Origin: an uncultured Gammaproteobacteria bacterium
GTDB taxonomy: Bacteria; Pseudomonadota; Gammaproteobacteria; CAYTUN01
DNA length: 64,000 nucleotides
Assembly: GCA_964441315.1 (NCBI GenBank)
Contig: CAYTUN010000001.1
Span: forward strand, 12,807-76,806
Direction of reading: 5' to 3'
Every line of letters begins with the position of its first letter. Within the stretch, counting starts at the first letter, position 1. Below the pieces are notes generated by a model. The model worked only from the letters and a program-made list of their open reading frames with translations, was not told where the DNA came from and did no database searches. Positions 51,076-61,683 of this stretch are shown one piece after another. The position numbers and the translations under genes were made by a program.

Positions 51076-51504
51076 ATGTTCAACCAAGACCGCAGTCAGT
51101 TGCGTCAGTTTTTTTTTGATTGTTGGAAAAAATATCAACAGCAGCAGGCGCTTGAGCCGTTGGAAAAGCAGATTATTGCGGTGATTTTAGATCATCCGGA
51201 ATATATTTCTTTATTTGAGCAATCGGATGAAAATTTATTAGACAAGGATTTTCATCTGGATGAAAAAGAAAATCCGTTTTTGCATTTAGGACTGCATTTA
51301 AGTTTGCGTGAGCAAATTAGTACTAATCGACCGAATGGAATTAAAACAGTTTATGAAAAACTTTTTTTAAAAATGGGATCAAAATTAGCAGTTGAGCATA
51401 TTATGCTGGATGTATTACGAGATTGTTTATGGGAATTTCGAAGTTCGGGGAAATTTCCAAGTGATGAGATTTATTTGAGGCGGTTGCAGTTGTTAGTGGA
51501 ATGA
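51076..51504 (+). CDS. DUF1841-family protein
   Basis: 142 aa; conserved N-terminal R.QLRQFFFD.W.KY pattern of DUF1841. Confidence 0.7.
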   Translation: MFNQDRSQLRQFFFDCWKKYQQQQALEPLEKQIIAVILDHPEYISLFEQSDENLLDKDFHLDEKENPFLHLGLHLSLREQISTNRPNGIKTVYEKLFLKMGSKLAVEHIMLDVLRDCLWEFRSSGKFPSDEIYLRRLQLLVE

Positions 51505-51636
51505 AAAAACTTGCTGCGCAAGTTTACAAGGTTTTCGTGTAATTATTTATCCACCCCTGAGCGTCTTCACCCTCTTTACGGTCAAACCGGAAATGAGGGG
51601 GAAGACACTAACTTTTCCTGTCAGGATGACAGGAGA

Positions 51637-53178
51637 TTAGAAATAAACGCCAATCTGCGCCAGGATAGTATTTTGCACTGAGCCTTGCGCATTGTTGGTG
51701 CAGAAAGTCAGGTTGTCAGCATTATCGATGCAAATGCCGCCAGCGGTATCGGTTGATGCGTAATTAATATCATGCCGGTACTCTATGCTTTCGATTGTGT
51801 TTTTCCACACCGATATGTTCCAAACAGCGCGGTAGGAGTTTTTCGGTAATCCAGCTGCCAATGCTTGCCAGGTTTCATCATAGGATAATGCGAATGAAGA
51901 CGGCTTGGTAAAGGCACGGAAATTATAAGCACCTTCTAAATGTAGCGCTTTAGGACGGGCGCCTTGACTATTGAAAGTTAAGTTATTGGGGTTAAACCGG
52001 TTGAGTGCAGATAAATATTCCGCGTTGAAGTCATAGCTACCCAAAGTCAGACGGCCATGAACATCGCCAGCGGGTACGCGGTTGAGCAACTGCTCGGTCT
52101 GGTCGCTGATGGCAAACCCTTGGAATGAACCCAAGCCTGCGCCGGTATCTTGTAAACCTTGCGATTCAGCTAAGTCATTGACAACACTGGCGCCCACCAA
52201 TCCTGAGATTTTATCGGTTTTAAACTTGTAATCAATATTGGCGCCACCGTTATCAATACGGCGGTTTTCATCGATGGTATTGCCACTAAATGCATAAACG
52301 CTCGTGTTGAAACCGCCTTTAGCAAAGCCCAACTGAACTGCGCGTGTCCGGATGCGGCCCAAAATTTGCGGTAAAGTGCTGGAAACAAAATAGCTGCTGT
52401 AGTAACCGAAAGGCACATATATCTGGCCCATGGTTAAATAAAGTGGTGATTTCTTTAAATTACCAATGGTTAGAAAGCCACGATTGACGTATAGGCGGGA
52501 ATTGCCTTCACGATTGCCATTGCCTTCCAAGGTGGGATCCAATGGGGAGTCATCATAATTGAAGGTCATATAACCGAAGGCCCAATCACTGACTTGTGCG
52601 TAGGTATCTAATTCTGCAGCACTTAAGTCCACATCACTTTGCTTAGAGCCAACATAGGGGTCCTGCCAGATGATCTGGCTTTCCAATTTACCGCTCAATG
52701 CAACTACGGGGCTGTCTTTGTAAGCTTCATATAAATCGGCATGTTGCGTCTCATAGTCGGCGCGCCATCTTAAGAAAGTCAGGTCTTCGTTCATCGTTGA
52801 AGCAATTACGATCAGATCAGAGGCGTCATAAGCGGTACGACGTCCGACATAGGGGGCACTAATAACATAATTACCTAAGATTGGCCTGCTATTTGGGCCG
52901 CCATTGGCTGCAACTTGACTAGCGGCATTTTTATTTGTTTTGGCGTGTTTGGTAGAAGCGGTATTTGGGGATTGGGTATTGGTTTGCGCTTTGGTTTTTT
53001 TCATCTGGTTAATTTCTTTCTGCAAACTTTCCACTTGTTTTTGCAGCGCAACCGTTTGTGCTGTTACTTGTTTTAGTTCATTTTCGAGTTGTAACGAATT
53101 GTTATCCGCGGCATAGCTGCTGACAGCGGACATGCCTAAAACAAAGCTTAATGCGATGATCTTTTTAGAAAAAGTCAC
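51637..53178 (-). CDS. outer-membrane beta-barrel porin with N-terminal periplasmic coiled-coil extension
   Basis: Signal peptide (…SSYA-ADN); heptad-repeat coiled-coil aa 30-70; Gly/aromatic-rich amphipathic beta strands; C-terminal …GVYF typical of OMP barrels. Confidence 0.65.
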   Translation of the reverse strand: MTFSKKIIALSFVLGMSAVSSYAADNNSLQLENELKQVTAQTVALQKQVESLQKEINQMKKTKAQTNTQSPNTASTKHAKTNKNAASQVAANGGPNSRPILGNYVISAPYVGRRTAYDASDLIVIASTMNEDLTFLRWRADYETQHADLYEAYKDSPVVALSGKLESQIIWQDPYVGSKQSDVDLSAAELDTYAQVSDWAFGYMTFNYDDSPLDPTLEGNGNREGNSRLYVNRGFLTIGNLKKSPLYLTMGQIYVPFGYYSSYFVSSTLPQILGRIRTRAVQLGFAKGGFNTSVYAFSGNTIDENRRIDNGGANIDYKFKTDKISGLVGASVVNDLAESQGLQDTGAGLGSFQGFAISDQTEQLLNRVPAGDVHGRLTLGSYDFNAEYLSALNRFNPNNLTFNSQGARPKALHLEGAYNFRAFTKPSSFALSYDETWQALAAGLPKNSYRAVWNISVWKNTIESIEYRHDINYASTDTAGGICIDNADNLTFCTNNAQGSVQNTILAQIGVYF

Positions 53179-53375
53179 AGTTTTCCCCTATTTTTTTGAT
53201 AAAAATTTTAAAACGCCCTACAAAAAACGCAGCGAAGGGTAGCCGCTGGCAGTACGAAAGTCAATACTGTAAAATTTCAAAATTTCTGGCGAAATTTTCT
53301 AAAGTGTTGTTTGGGTTTTTCAATAATTGATGGTGTGGCAGCACTCGAAAAATTTGAATTTGGAGTCGTTATTAA

Positions 53376-54392
53376 ATGTTACGAATAAAAAAACCTGATG
53401 ATTGGCATGTGCATTTGCGCGATGACGATTTTTTAGATTTGACGGTAAAACATGCGGAGCAATCTTTTTCACGCATTTTGGCGATGCCGAATTTAAATCC
53501 TCCTTTGACGACAGTAGCAGCAGTTTTAGCTTATGAAGAACGCATTTTAAAAATAGCAAAAACATTAAAACCGTGTTTTGCGCTTTATTTGACCGATGAT
53601 TTTTCGATTAATGAAATTTTTAAAGCAGCTGAAATTTCGTCTATTATTGCTTGCAAACTTTATCCGAAGGGCGCAACAACGCATTCGAGTTATGGTGTGA
53701 GTGATATAAATAAAATTGAAAAAATTTTAAAAGCGATGGAAGAAACGGGTTTAGTGTTAGCGATCCATGGTGAAGTCACTGATCCTTCAGTGGACATTTT
53801 TGAGCGTGAGAAAAAATTTATCGAAACACATTTAATACAAATTATTCAAAAATTCCCACGGTTAAAAATTGTTTTAGAACATGTGACCTCAGAATTTGGC
53901 GTAAATTTTATTAAACAATGCCCTTCGCATATTGCTGCCACGATCACCGCACATCATATGATTTTAACGCGGGATGATTTATTGGCTAATGGTTTAAAAC
54001 CGCATTTTTATTGCTTACCCGTTGTCAAAAAAGAATCTGACCGCAAGGCCTTAATTGCGGCAGCAATGAGTGGCGACCGGCATTTCTTTTTTGGTAGCGA
54101 TAGCGCGCCGCATTTAAAACATAAAAAAGAAAGCAGTTTGTGCGCGGCAGGTATTTACTCACAACCCTGCGCATTGGAAACGCTGGCGGAAATTTTTGAA
54201 AAGGAAGGTGCTTTAAATAATCTGGAAAAATTTACGAGTATTCATGGCGCAGAATTTTATGATTTAGAAGTCAATGAAGAAATGATTAGTTTAAAAAAAG
54301 AGCCTTGGCAGATACCGGGGATTTATGAAATTAATGGTGGGGAGTTGGTGCCTTTTCGGGCTGGAGAGACGATTTCCTGGAAAGTTATTTAA
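53376..54392 (+). CDS. pyrC: dihydroorotase (homodimeric type II)
   Basis: N-terminal DWHVHLRD metal-binding motif and overall PyrC profile; 338 aa. Confidence 0.92.
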   Translation: MLRIKKPDDWHVHLRDDDFLDLTVKHAEQSFSRILAMPNLNPPLTTVAAVLAYEERILKIAKTLKPCFALYLTDDFSINEIFKAAEISSIIACKLYPKGATTHSSYGVSDINKIEKILKAMEETGLVLAIHGEVTDPSVDIFEREKKFIETHLIQIIQKFPRLKIVLEHVTSEFGVNFIKQCPSHIAATITAHHMILTRDDLLANGLKPHFYCLPVVKKESDRKALIAAAMSGDRHFFFGSDSAPHLKHKKESSLCAAGIYSQPCALETLAEIFEKEGALNNLEKFTSIHGAEFYDLEVNEEMISLKKEPWQIPGIYEINGGELVPFRAGETISWKVI

Positions 54393-54501
54393 AAATACTC
54401 ATATCTCATTAGAGCCTGTTTAAAATTGCTACTCAACCATCCTTGGCCGGTTAGATCCCGCCCTTCAGGCGGGATGACGGGATCGCGGGATGAAAAACAA
54501 A

Positions 54502-55134
54502 TTACAACTGATCAGCGTTTTCAGCTAAGTAGCTGGCAACACCTTCGGCGGTAGCTTTCATGCCTTTAGCACCTTGGTTCCAATTCGCTGGGCATACTTC
54601 GCCGTGGGCTTCGTGATATTGCAAGGCATCGACCAAGCGGATCAATTCGCCAATATTACGGCCTAAAGGCAAATCATTGACGATTTGAGAGCGAATCACA
54701 CCATTCTTATCAATAAGGAAAGTACCGCGCAAGGCAACTGCCGCATCGGGGTGTTCGACGCCATAAGTTTGGCATATGCGGTGATTGACATCCGCTATCA
54801 TGGTGTATTGCACTGGGCCGATACCGCCTTTTTCTACCGGTGTATTCCGCCAGGCGCTATGGGTAAATTGCGAATCAATCGAAATAGCAATCACTTCAAC
54901 ATTACGCTTTTTAAATTCATCGACACGATTATTCAATGCAATTAATTCAGAAGGACATACGAAAGTAAAATCTAAAGGATAAAAAACCAACAATGCGTAT
55001 TTACCGGCAGTTTGACTAGATAATTGATATTTATCATGTATTTTGCCATCAGCAGCAACAGCCGCAGCGGTAAAATCCGGGGCTTTTCTACCAACAATGG
55101 CACCACAAATATGTTCAGGCTGATTCATGCTCAA
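54502..55134 (-). CDS. ahpC: typical 2-Cys peroxiredoxin (AhpC/TSA family)
   Basis: Peroxidatic FTFVCPSE and resolving-Cys EVCPANW motifs. Confidence 0.92.
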   Translation of the reverse strand: MSMNQPEHICGAIVGRKAPDFTAAAVAADGKIHDKYQLSSQTAGKYALLVFYPLDFTFVCPSELIALNNRVDEFKKRNVEVIAISIDSQFTHSAWRNTPVEKGGIGPVQYTMIADVNHRICQTYGVEHPDAAVALRGTFLIDKNGVIRSQIVNDLPLGRNIGELIRLVDALQYHEAHGEVCPANWNQGAKGMKATAEGVASYLAENADQL

Positions 55135-55465
55135 TACCTCTATAAATGAAACGAGGGCGCTATTTTAATCTAGCCAGCTGGATTTGCCAACTTAATAAGG
55201 GCCTTTTGGGCCTTATCAAAGTGGGTGGAAACTCTCTTAGCTACATTGACATATGTTTTATTTATAAAAGTAATCATAGGACGAAGTTCCACCTACAATT
55301 TTGTGAATGGTTGTTATATTTGCCAGACAAACAATTGACTTTGATGAGATCCGAAGGATCTCATAGCAATAAATGCTTCTAAGTTAATAATTTTTTCGTT
55401 ATGCTCTTTCGCCGAGACAATTATGTGTTATGTTCATATTCTAATCAGGTTAACTAGGAGATTTT

Positions 55466-56047
55466 ATGAATTTTGAACTACCGAAACTTCCCTTTGCCAT
55501 GGATGCACTAGCACCTTATATTTCCAAGGAAACTCTAGAATATCATTACGGCAAACATCATGCGGCTTATGTCAATAAATTGAATCAGCTGATTCCTGGC
55601 AGTAAATTTGAAAACATGGGATTGGAAGAAATTATTGTCAAATCTTCTGGCCCGATTTTCAATAATGCCGCTCAGGTTTGGAACCATACTTTTTATTGGC
55701 ATTGTTTGAAGCCGCAAGGTGGTGGTGAAGCCCATGGTAATTTGGCAGAAGCCATTAAGGCGAGCTTTGGCTCTTATCAAGCTTTTAAAGAAAAATTTTC
55801 GCAAGCGGCGGTGGGCCAATTTGGTTCTGGTTGGGCCTGGTTAGTTAAAAATGAAGATGGCTCATTAGAAATTTACAGCACGCCCAACGCAAATAATCCT
55901 ATGCTGGATGATAAAGTGGCAATTTTAACTTGCGATGTTTGGGAACACGCGTACTATATCGATACACGCAATGATCGTGCCAAATATGTTGAGAATTTTT
56001 GGCAAGTCGTTAATTGGGAATTTGCTAATAATAATTTTAATAGCTAA
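55466..56047 (+). CDS. sodB: Fe/Mn superoxide dismutase (Fe type)
   Basis: LPYAxDALEP N-terminus, HHxxHH…DVWEHAYY signature. Confidence 0.95.
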   Translation: MNFELPKLPFAMDALAPYISKETLEYHYGKHHAAYVNKLNQLIPGSKFENMGLEEIIVKSSGPIFNNAAQVWNHTFYWHCLKPQGGGEAHGNLAEAIKASFGSYQAFKEKFSQAAVGQFGSGWAWLVKNEDGSLEIYSTPNANNPMLDDKVAILTCDVWEHAYYIDTRNDRAKYVENFWQVVNWEFANNNFNS

Positions 56048-56135
56048 AACAGATAGCCCTTGCTTAGGATGAGTGAGGGCTTTTTAGTAACCTTCAAGTA
56101 AATTTGACGACGATATTACAAGCAATCAAATCACT

Positions 56136-56190
56136 AGAGCCTGTTTACAATTGCTTTTTCTACTGCAAAAAGCAATTGTAAACAGGCCCT
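56136..56190 (+). terminator. 55-bp perfect palindrome plus T-run; intrinsic terminator of sodB; minimal member of the 'ggcctgtttacaattgc' repeat family
   Basis: ggcctgtttacaattgctttttctactgcaaaaagcaattgtaaacaggcc followed by ctaatttttt. Confidence 0.6.
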
Positions 56191-56201
56191 AATTTTTTAA
56201 A

Positions 56202-56405
56202 TTATTCCTCAACAAAGCTATCAGCGCCGCTGCAAGAAGAATTTAATAAATTAACGCGGCAAATCCATTGATCATAAATCTCTTTTGCGCTCGGAAAGTC
56301 ATTAGCTTCAAGATATGACTTGACTTTAGCTTGAATGTAATCTGGTAATTGATGAAACATATCTACTCTTTTTTCTTCTGCTGGGTCAAATTGATTCATA
56401 CCCAA
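56202..56405 (-). CDS. small hypothetical protein (about 65 aa)
   Basis: ORF with plausible composition between sodB and the next gene; no recognisable motif. Confidence 0.3.
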   Translation of the reverse strand: MGMNQFDPAEEKRVDMFHQLPDYIQAKVKSYLEANDFPSAKEIYDQWICRVNLLNSSCSGADSFVEE

Positions 56406-56573
56406 ACTCGTTTTTTGATTTCTGATCGGTTACTTTAACAAACAGATATGAATAAAAATGTAAGCTTTCAGAGGGAGTGTTTGTAAGACATTTGCTATAA
56501 AAACAGCTTAAGAGAAAATTAAATAGCAAATAAAGATGAATTCGGTTTAGAGAAATAAGAGCAATTGCTTGAT

Positions 56574-57110
56574 TTAATTGAGGTTTTCTTCTTTGGTTAA
56601 CGTTTGTTCAATATGATTAAACCAAGGAGCATCACGGTAATTTTTTAAAGATTCTTTTAGCAAAAGCACCTGATGATTTTCACCAAAGCGATGAATGAAA
56701 ACCAGATTATCTTTGAAAGCTTCTGGCAGCTGAGCTGGCTGTTGAATTTGTTGTGCATAAATTTTGGCAAGTTGTATTGCTTCCACCAAACGATGCGCAA
56801 CTGTTTGTTTTATGTGCAAAACTTCGCCTTTATCTACGCTATGCTCAGTTAAAAAAGCGCTCAATTGCAGATAAAAATCTTTGAAGCCTGAATAGTAACT
56901 TACTTTGAACAAACTGGCTTGCTCCTCCATGTCATACTTAATTTGATGCAATTTTTCCAATAACTCAGCGGGGGTGGCGCGTTTGATCGAAGCTGGGCGA
57001 AGACCTAATTGTTTAATCTTGTTGATGCGTTCAGAAGAGCTCAATTGCCGTTTTAGCCATTTACGGTATTGAGCAATAAACTTGAGCGCCTGAGGCAAAA
57101 ACAATGACAT
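56574..57110 (-). CDS. hypothetical protein (178 aa)
   Basis: Hydrophilic ORF, no recognisable motif. Confidence 0.45.
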   Translation of the reverse strand: MSLFLPQALKFIAQYRKWLKRQLSSSERINKIKQLGLRPASIKRATPAELLEKLHQIKYDMEEQASLFKVSYYSGFKDFYLQLSAFLTEHSVDKGEVLHIKQTVAHRLVEAIQLAKIYAQQIQQPAQLPEAFKDNLVFIHRFGENHQVLLLKESLKNYRDAPWFNHIEQTLTKEENLN

Positions 57111-57345
57111 GATAAGTCCTTAGATTTAAATTTTTTCAATACTATAAGCTGAAAAGATTAAAATAATGTTAATAATGCAATAGCTTACGCTACAAGATAA
57201 TACTACTAGAGCATGCGATTGAATTGCTTTTTACACTGAAAAAAGCAACTATTAACGCTTGTTTACCAATGCCTTTCGCCACGAAAAAGCATTGGTAAGC
57301 AAGTGCTAAGCAGCATAACCCGTTGATCAAGATAAGGAAAATTGT

Positions 57346-58941
57346 TTGTTTAACAATGTCATAAAAGAAAAATTAAGTTTGCATCAAAAACGCTTAAAAA
57401 TGGTTTCTTTGCGTCAACTATTTGAGCTAAATCCTCGGCGTTTCGATGAAATGTGCTTTTTACTCGAAGACATGGCGATCGATTTTTCGAAAAACTGCAT
57501 TGATCAAAGCGCCTTAAATGATTTGTTGCTGCTGGCAACCGATACCGGCCTTGCAAGCGCTTTAAAAAAATTATCAACAGGGGATCTTGTTAATTTTTCT
57601 GAAAAGCGCGCCGCTACGCATCTTCTGTTGCGTCATCAACTCGCTGAGCAATTGCCAACCGAGCAAACGGAGCCGGTCAACCGGATGCTGACCTGGGCAG
57701 AATTGATTAGAGAAAAACACTGGCTAGGCGCCAACAACCAAACGATCACTGATTTGGTTGTATTAGGCATCGGTGGCTCACGCTGGGGTGCGCAATTAGT
57801 TGTTACGGCATTATCAAATTATTGTCAGAAAGATTTAACTTGTCACTTTGTCAGCAGCCTCGACCCACTGGCGTTTGAAGAACTATTAAAACAGCTTGAC
57901 CCCTACCGAACTTTATTTGTGATTGCGACTAAATCGTTTACCACTATTGAGACCCTGAGCAATGCTGCTGTAGCAAAAAAATGGTGGTTAAATGTAGTCA
58001 AAAATTCTAATGATCTTAATAAACATTTTATTGCCATCACAGAAGATCGGGAAAAAGCAGCACTGTGGGGGATCGATCCCGAGAATATTTTATGGGTGCC
58101 AGAAAGTATTGGTGGACGATTTTCTGTTTGGTCAGCTATGGGTTTTCCAGCAGCTGTCATGCTGGGTAAAAAACATTTCTTGGATTTTATTCAAGGCGGC
58201 CATGAGTACGATAACTATTGCTTGAATACAGGATTTGCAAAAAATGCCGCAGTTATTCATGCTCTATTAACCATTTGGTATGTTAATTTTTGGCACACGC
58301 ATAGTAATGCTATTTTAGCTTATGATTTCCGTTTATTTTGGTTACCGAATTATTTGCAGCAACTGATTATGGAAAGCAATGGTAAAAATTTTGATCAATA
58401 CGCCAAGCCGATTAATTATGCTACTGCTGCAGCGATTTGGGGCAGTCATGGCCCAGATGCGCAACACACATTCTTTCAGCATTTATTGCAAAGCCAGGAA
58501 ATGATTCCGATTGATTTTATTGTGACAGCTAAAACCCCTGCTCATGAAAAACAACAGCATGATTTAATGTTTAAAAATTATTTAGCGCAAAGCCAGGCGT
58601 TGGCATTTGGTTGCGAATTGGACGAAGTAAAAAATTTTATTGGCAATAAATATTCGAATGAAGCAGAAATGTTACAAGCAGCCGCTTATCGTGTAGTTTC
58701 AGGCAATAAGCCGCATACTAGCATTCTCATAAATGAATTAAGCCCGAAAACTTTAGGCAAACTACTAGCGCATTATGAAATGAAAACTTATATCGAAAGT
58801 ATTTTATGGGGTTTGAATTGCTTTGATCAGCCAGGAGTGGAATTAGGCAAGACAATTTTGAAACAGTTGCAATCAGAACAAAGAGAGCCTCATATTTCTG
58901 TTACAGGACTTATGAAAATTTATCGACAATTTAAGGAATAA
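57346..58941 (+). CDS. pgi: glucose-6-phosphate isomerase
   Basis: PGI signatures (…GIGGSRWGAQ…; SNGK; GELGK); TTG start 7 nt after AAGGAA RBS. Confidence 0.92.
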   Translation: MFNNVIKEKLSLHQKRLKMVSLRQLFELNPRRFDEMCFLLEDMAIDFSKNCIDQSALNDLLLLATDTGLASALKKLSTGDLVNFSEKRAATHLLLRHQLAEQLPTEQTEPVNRMLTWAELIREKHWLGANNQTITDLVVLGIGGSRWGAQLVVTALSNYCQKDLTCHFVSSLDPLAFEELLKQLDPYRTLFVIATKSFTTIETLSNAAVAKKWWLNVVKNSNDLNKHFIAITEDREKAALWGIDPENILWVPESIGGRFSVWSAMGFPAAVMLGKKHFLDFIQGGHEYDNYCLNTGFAKNAAVIHALLTIWYVNFWHTHSNAILAYDFRLFWLPNYLQQLIMESNGKNFDQYAKPINYATAAAIWGSHGPDAQHTFFQHLLQSQEMIPIDFIVTAKTPAHEKQQHDLMFKNYLAQSQALAFGCELDEVKNFIGNKYSNEAEMLQAAAYRVVSGNKPHTSILINELSPKTLGKLLAHYEMKTYIESILWGLNCFDQPGVELGKTILKQLQSEQREPHISVTGLMKIYRQFKE

Positions 58942-58943
58942 TT

Positions 58944-59741
58944 ATGCGCTGCACTGCTTACTGCACAGCTCAAAAATATAATTTGCCAAACATTCATCAA
59001 GCAATGAAACGTAACGACATTGAAATGAGCTTACAGCGCAATGTGCTTGAATTGTATTATATTGATCAGCGCGCCGAGGTTTTTATTTTTGATCACGGTT
59101 GTTTTGTCGCCTGGAATTTTACTAAAAGCCAGGAGCAAATTTTGGTTAAGTTTTTGATGGACTTTGCGATTAATCCTTTGGAAAAAATTGAAATTGATCG
59201 TTTTAGTTATCGAATTAATGATAAAACAAAAATTGCCTCCCATCCACGGCACAATATTGACATTATTTCACTGGAAGAAGATCAAAGCCAAATCAAACTC
59301 GCGATTAGTTATGGATTAGCGCAATCGGTAAAATTAGAATCCTACGAAGAAGCAATCAGAAAAATCATCGACAAAAACCAATCGATTACTGAAAATCTCG
59401 CCACCAAAGGCAAAATCAAATTAACTGGCCGTGCTATTTCCAAACGTATGGGTGAAATTTTTTTAGAACGCAGTATTGTTAATTTAAGTAGCGAATACTT
59501 GGATATGCCTGAATTTTTTTGGGAACATCCCAGCACAGAAAACTATTATTTGATGGTAGAAAAGTTTCTCGATATCAATCAACGCGTTGCCGCTCTCAAC
59601 CGTAAACTGGATGTGCTACATGAATTATTTGATATGTTGACCACACAATTACAACATCGTCATTCTTCCTTACTTGAAATGATTATTATTATTTTAATTG
59701 GAACGGAAATTATTATTAGTTTGTTTCATATTACTATTTGA
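58944..59741 (+). CDS. RMD1/DUF155-family protein with C-terminal TM helix
   Basis: N-terminal …FIFDHGCFVAWNF… pattern of DUF155 and C-terminal hydrophobic anchor; 265 aa. Confidence 0.6.
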   Translation: MRCTAYCTAQKYNLPNIHQAMKRNDIEMSLQRNVLELYYIDQRAEVFIFDHGCFVAWNFTKSQEQILVKFLMDFAINPLEKIEIDRFSYRINDKTKIASHPRHNIDIISLEEDQSQIKLAISYGLAQSVKLESYEEAIRKIIDKNQSITENLATKGKIKLTGRAISKRMGEIFLERSIVNLSSEYLDMPEFFWEHPSTENYYLMVEKFLDINQRVAALNRKLDVLHELFDMLTTQLQHRHSSLLEMIIIILIGTEIIISLFHITI

Positions 59742-59773
59742 TGAATGTGTTAAAGATTATTGCTATTTTGATC

Positions 59774-59955
59774 ACCCCTCATCCGCCCTTACGGGCACCT
59801 TCTCCCACAAGGGGAGAAGGGACTTTTCAAAGTTCAGTAGCTTTTCATAATAAGGCTTATTTTATAGCATTAAACTTTATTCCAGCAGCAGATGTGCCCA
59901 TCAGTTGGCCTTCTCCCCTTGTGGGAGAAGTTGCCCGTAAGGGCGGATGAGGGGT
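59774..59955. mobile_element. MITE family A copy 5
   Basis: Same TIRs; interior similar to copy 4. Confidence 0.8.
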
Positions 59956-59993
59956 AGTCAATAGAATTTTCCTAAAACCACACATTTGCTAAG

Positions 59994-60782
59994 CTATTGC
60001 TGCATGGGATCCATATAGGAGCGAATACGATGGCGCCAACCTGGCAGCCAACGCCAGAGCGACATATAAGCCGGTGCTTGCTCGACGCGTCGCGTCAGCA
60101 CCTGATCTGCCGCCCAGCTAAATTGCTGCATACGGGAATAATTTGACGGCGCGTAACGCATCATTTCTAACACCTGTAATAATCCCCAGCCAGTTTGGCT
60201 GCTATAGCCAATGCCTTCGCCTTTGAAATTAATATAATCGGTTAGCGCATAAATGCCGGTTGGCGTTGAAGCAATCCGATTAAACTGATAGCGAATATAG
60301 GGACGTTCTTCAGGCGGGACACTGGCAAGCATGCGTGGTAGCGCACGCTGCATTCTTTCAATCATGTAACGCGCTTGCCAATACATGGTCGCCATGAGAA
60401 ATTGGCGCAAACTCAACATTAATGGGCTATATTGCGAAGCATAAAAATCTTCGCGGCTGATCCAGGGACAATGGGGGATGCTTTCGGTAATCAGCCAATT
60501 AGGAACACGAACGCCATGCGACTGCATATAATGCAATAAATTGGCAAAACCGCCTGCTTCATGCAAATGCGTACCAATGGGATACCAGACAAAATGACCA
60601 ATACCGACAGAGGCAAAATTTTCGCCATCGTTCCAGTCGGTCAAACCTTCTATACTGCCACCGCTTTCGTTATACCAGATTTTTGCCGCAATTCTTAAGG
60701 TTTCAGTCGAAGAAACAGAAACATTTGCCGTAATTTGCAGCGACATGATTAAAAAAAATAAGCAGATTAATTTTTTAATCAT
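59994..60782 (-). CDS. secreted hypothetical protein (signal peptide); weak resemblance to lytic-transglycosylase-type active sites
   Basis: Start moved to the ATG at 60782 (MIKKLICLFFLIMSLQITA signal peptide); motif WYNESGGS…GIGHFVWYP loosely recalls the E-S…GQFMP of MltB-type enzymes; divergent from the ATPase cluster. Confidence 0.45.
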   Translation of the reverse strand: MIKKLICLFFLIMSLQITANVSVSSTETLRIAAKIWYNESGGSIEGLTDWNDGENFASVGIGHFVWYPIGTHLHEAGGFANLLHYMQSHGVRVPNWLITESIPHCPWISREDFYASQYSPLMLSLRQFLMATMYWQARYMIERMQRALPRMLASVPPEERPYIRYQFNRIASTPTGIYALTDYINFKGEGIGYSSQTGWGLLQVLEMMRYAPSNYSRMQQFSWAADQVLTRRVEQAPAYMSLWRWLPGWRHRIRSYMDPMQQ

Positions 60783-60951
60783 AACGGGCTTCCTTAAAAT
60801 GATACAAAGTAATTCTATCCGAGCCAACGCGATCATGAATAGCTGCTAAAGTCGAATATTGCCATCTTCTATCAGCAAACGCTTTTACAGTGGGAACCGG
60901 TGACGTATGATAATCGAAGGCCCTAGAGTTAAAGCAGGTAGTCATAAGATA

Positions 60952-61557
60952 ATGAGTCACACCATACCTGATCATCCATTCTGGTACTTCTCATTAAATG
61001 CCTACGGAGAATTTCAGGTAAGGCAAATTCTGTTTCGTTGGCACCAGGAAAGACAACTGAATTCAAGTCTGGTTTTATTCTGCTGCTGGTATTCGCTCAA
61101 CAACATGGGATCTTTAACGCCAACAGAAATTAAACAATTAATCGATGCGACTGAATCCTGGCATCGGATGATTGTTGAACCTTTGCAAAAATTGCGTGAT
61201 CAAATCATGCAAAACAGCAAATTACAACATTGCATTGGCATCGCTCGCGGCACGGCGCAAGACGCCATGCAAATCGAGACACTAATAATGGCAGGGATTT
61301 TTTTGAAAAAACCTTTGCGCAGCAAACGCAGCCCGGCACAAAAGGCAGTGCAAATGATACGTAGTATCATGATCTACTGCAAAATGATGCAAATTGAATT
61401 TGATTCAAATTTAAATGAAGATATCAATATTTTAACAAACGCTTTTATTGCTGAACTCAACAGCATTGAAATCCGTAATATCAGCCAAACCGTGAAAATC
61501 GAATTGCAAAAACTTAAAATCAAACCTTGGTACCAGCAGTTGACTTTGGCAATTTAA
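60952..61557 (+). CDS. DUF2390 (TIGR02444)-family protein
   Basis: N-terminal HPFWYFSL..YG…V…LNSSLVLFCCW pattern characteristic of TIGR02444; start at the internal ATG 60952. Confidence 0.55.
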   Translation: MSHTIPDHPFWYFSLNAYGEFQVRQILFRWHQERQLNSSLVLFCCWYSLNNMGSLTPTEIKQLIDATESWHRMIVEPLQKLRDQIMQNSKLQHCIGIARGTAQDAMQIETLIMAGIFLKKPLRSKRSPAQKAVQMIRSIMIYCKMMQIEFDSNLNEDINILTNAFIAELNSIEIRNISQTVKIELQKLKIKPWYQQLTLAI

Positions 61558-61683
61558 TGATAATTTAGTTAAAGTAAAGCAAATGAAATTAATAAAGTTT
61601 TTGCCATTAATTAATCTCTTCTTAAGGTTAAATCATTAGACTGCGGCAATATTTAATTCCCCTTTAACAAATCAGGTCGAATT

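Noticed and set aside
55146-55382. 78-aa ORF in the ahpC-sodB divergent intergenic region
   Set aside because: It has poor coding composition and spans the predicted promoter/operator palindromes. It is more likely regulatory DNA than a gene, and is kept only as a remark.
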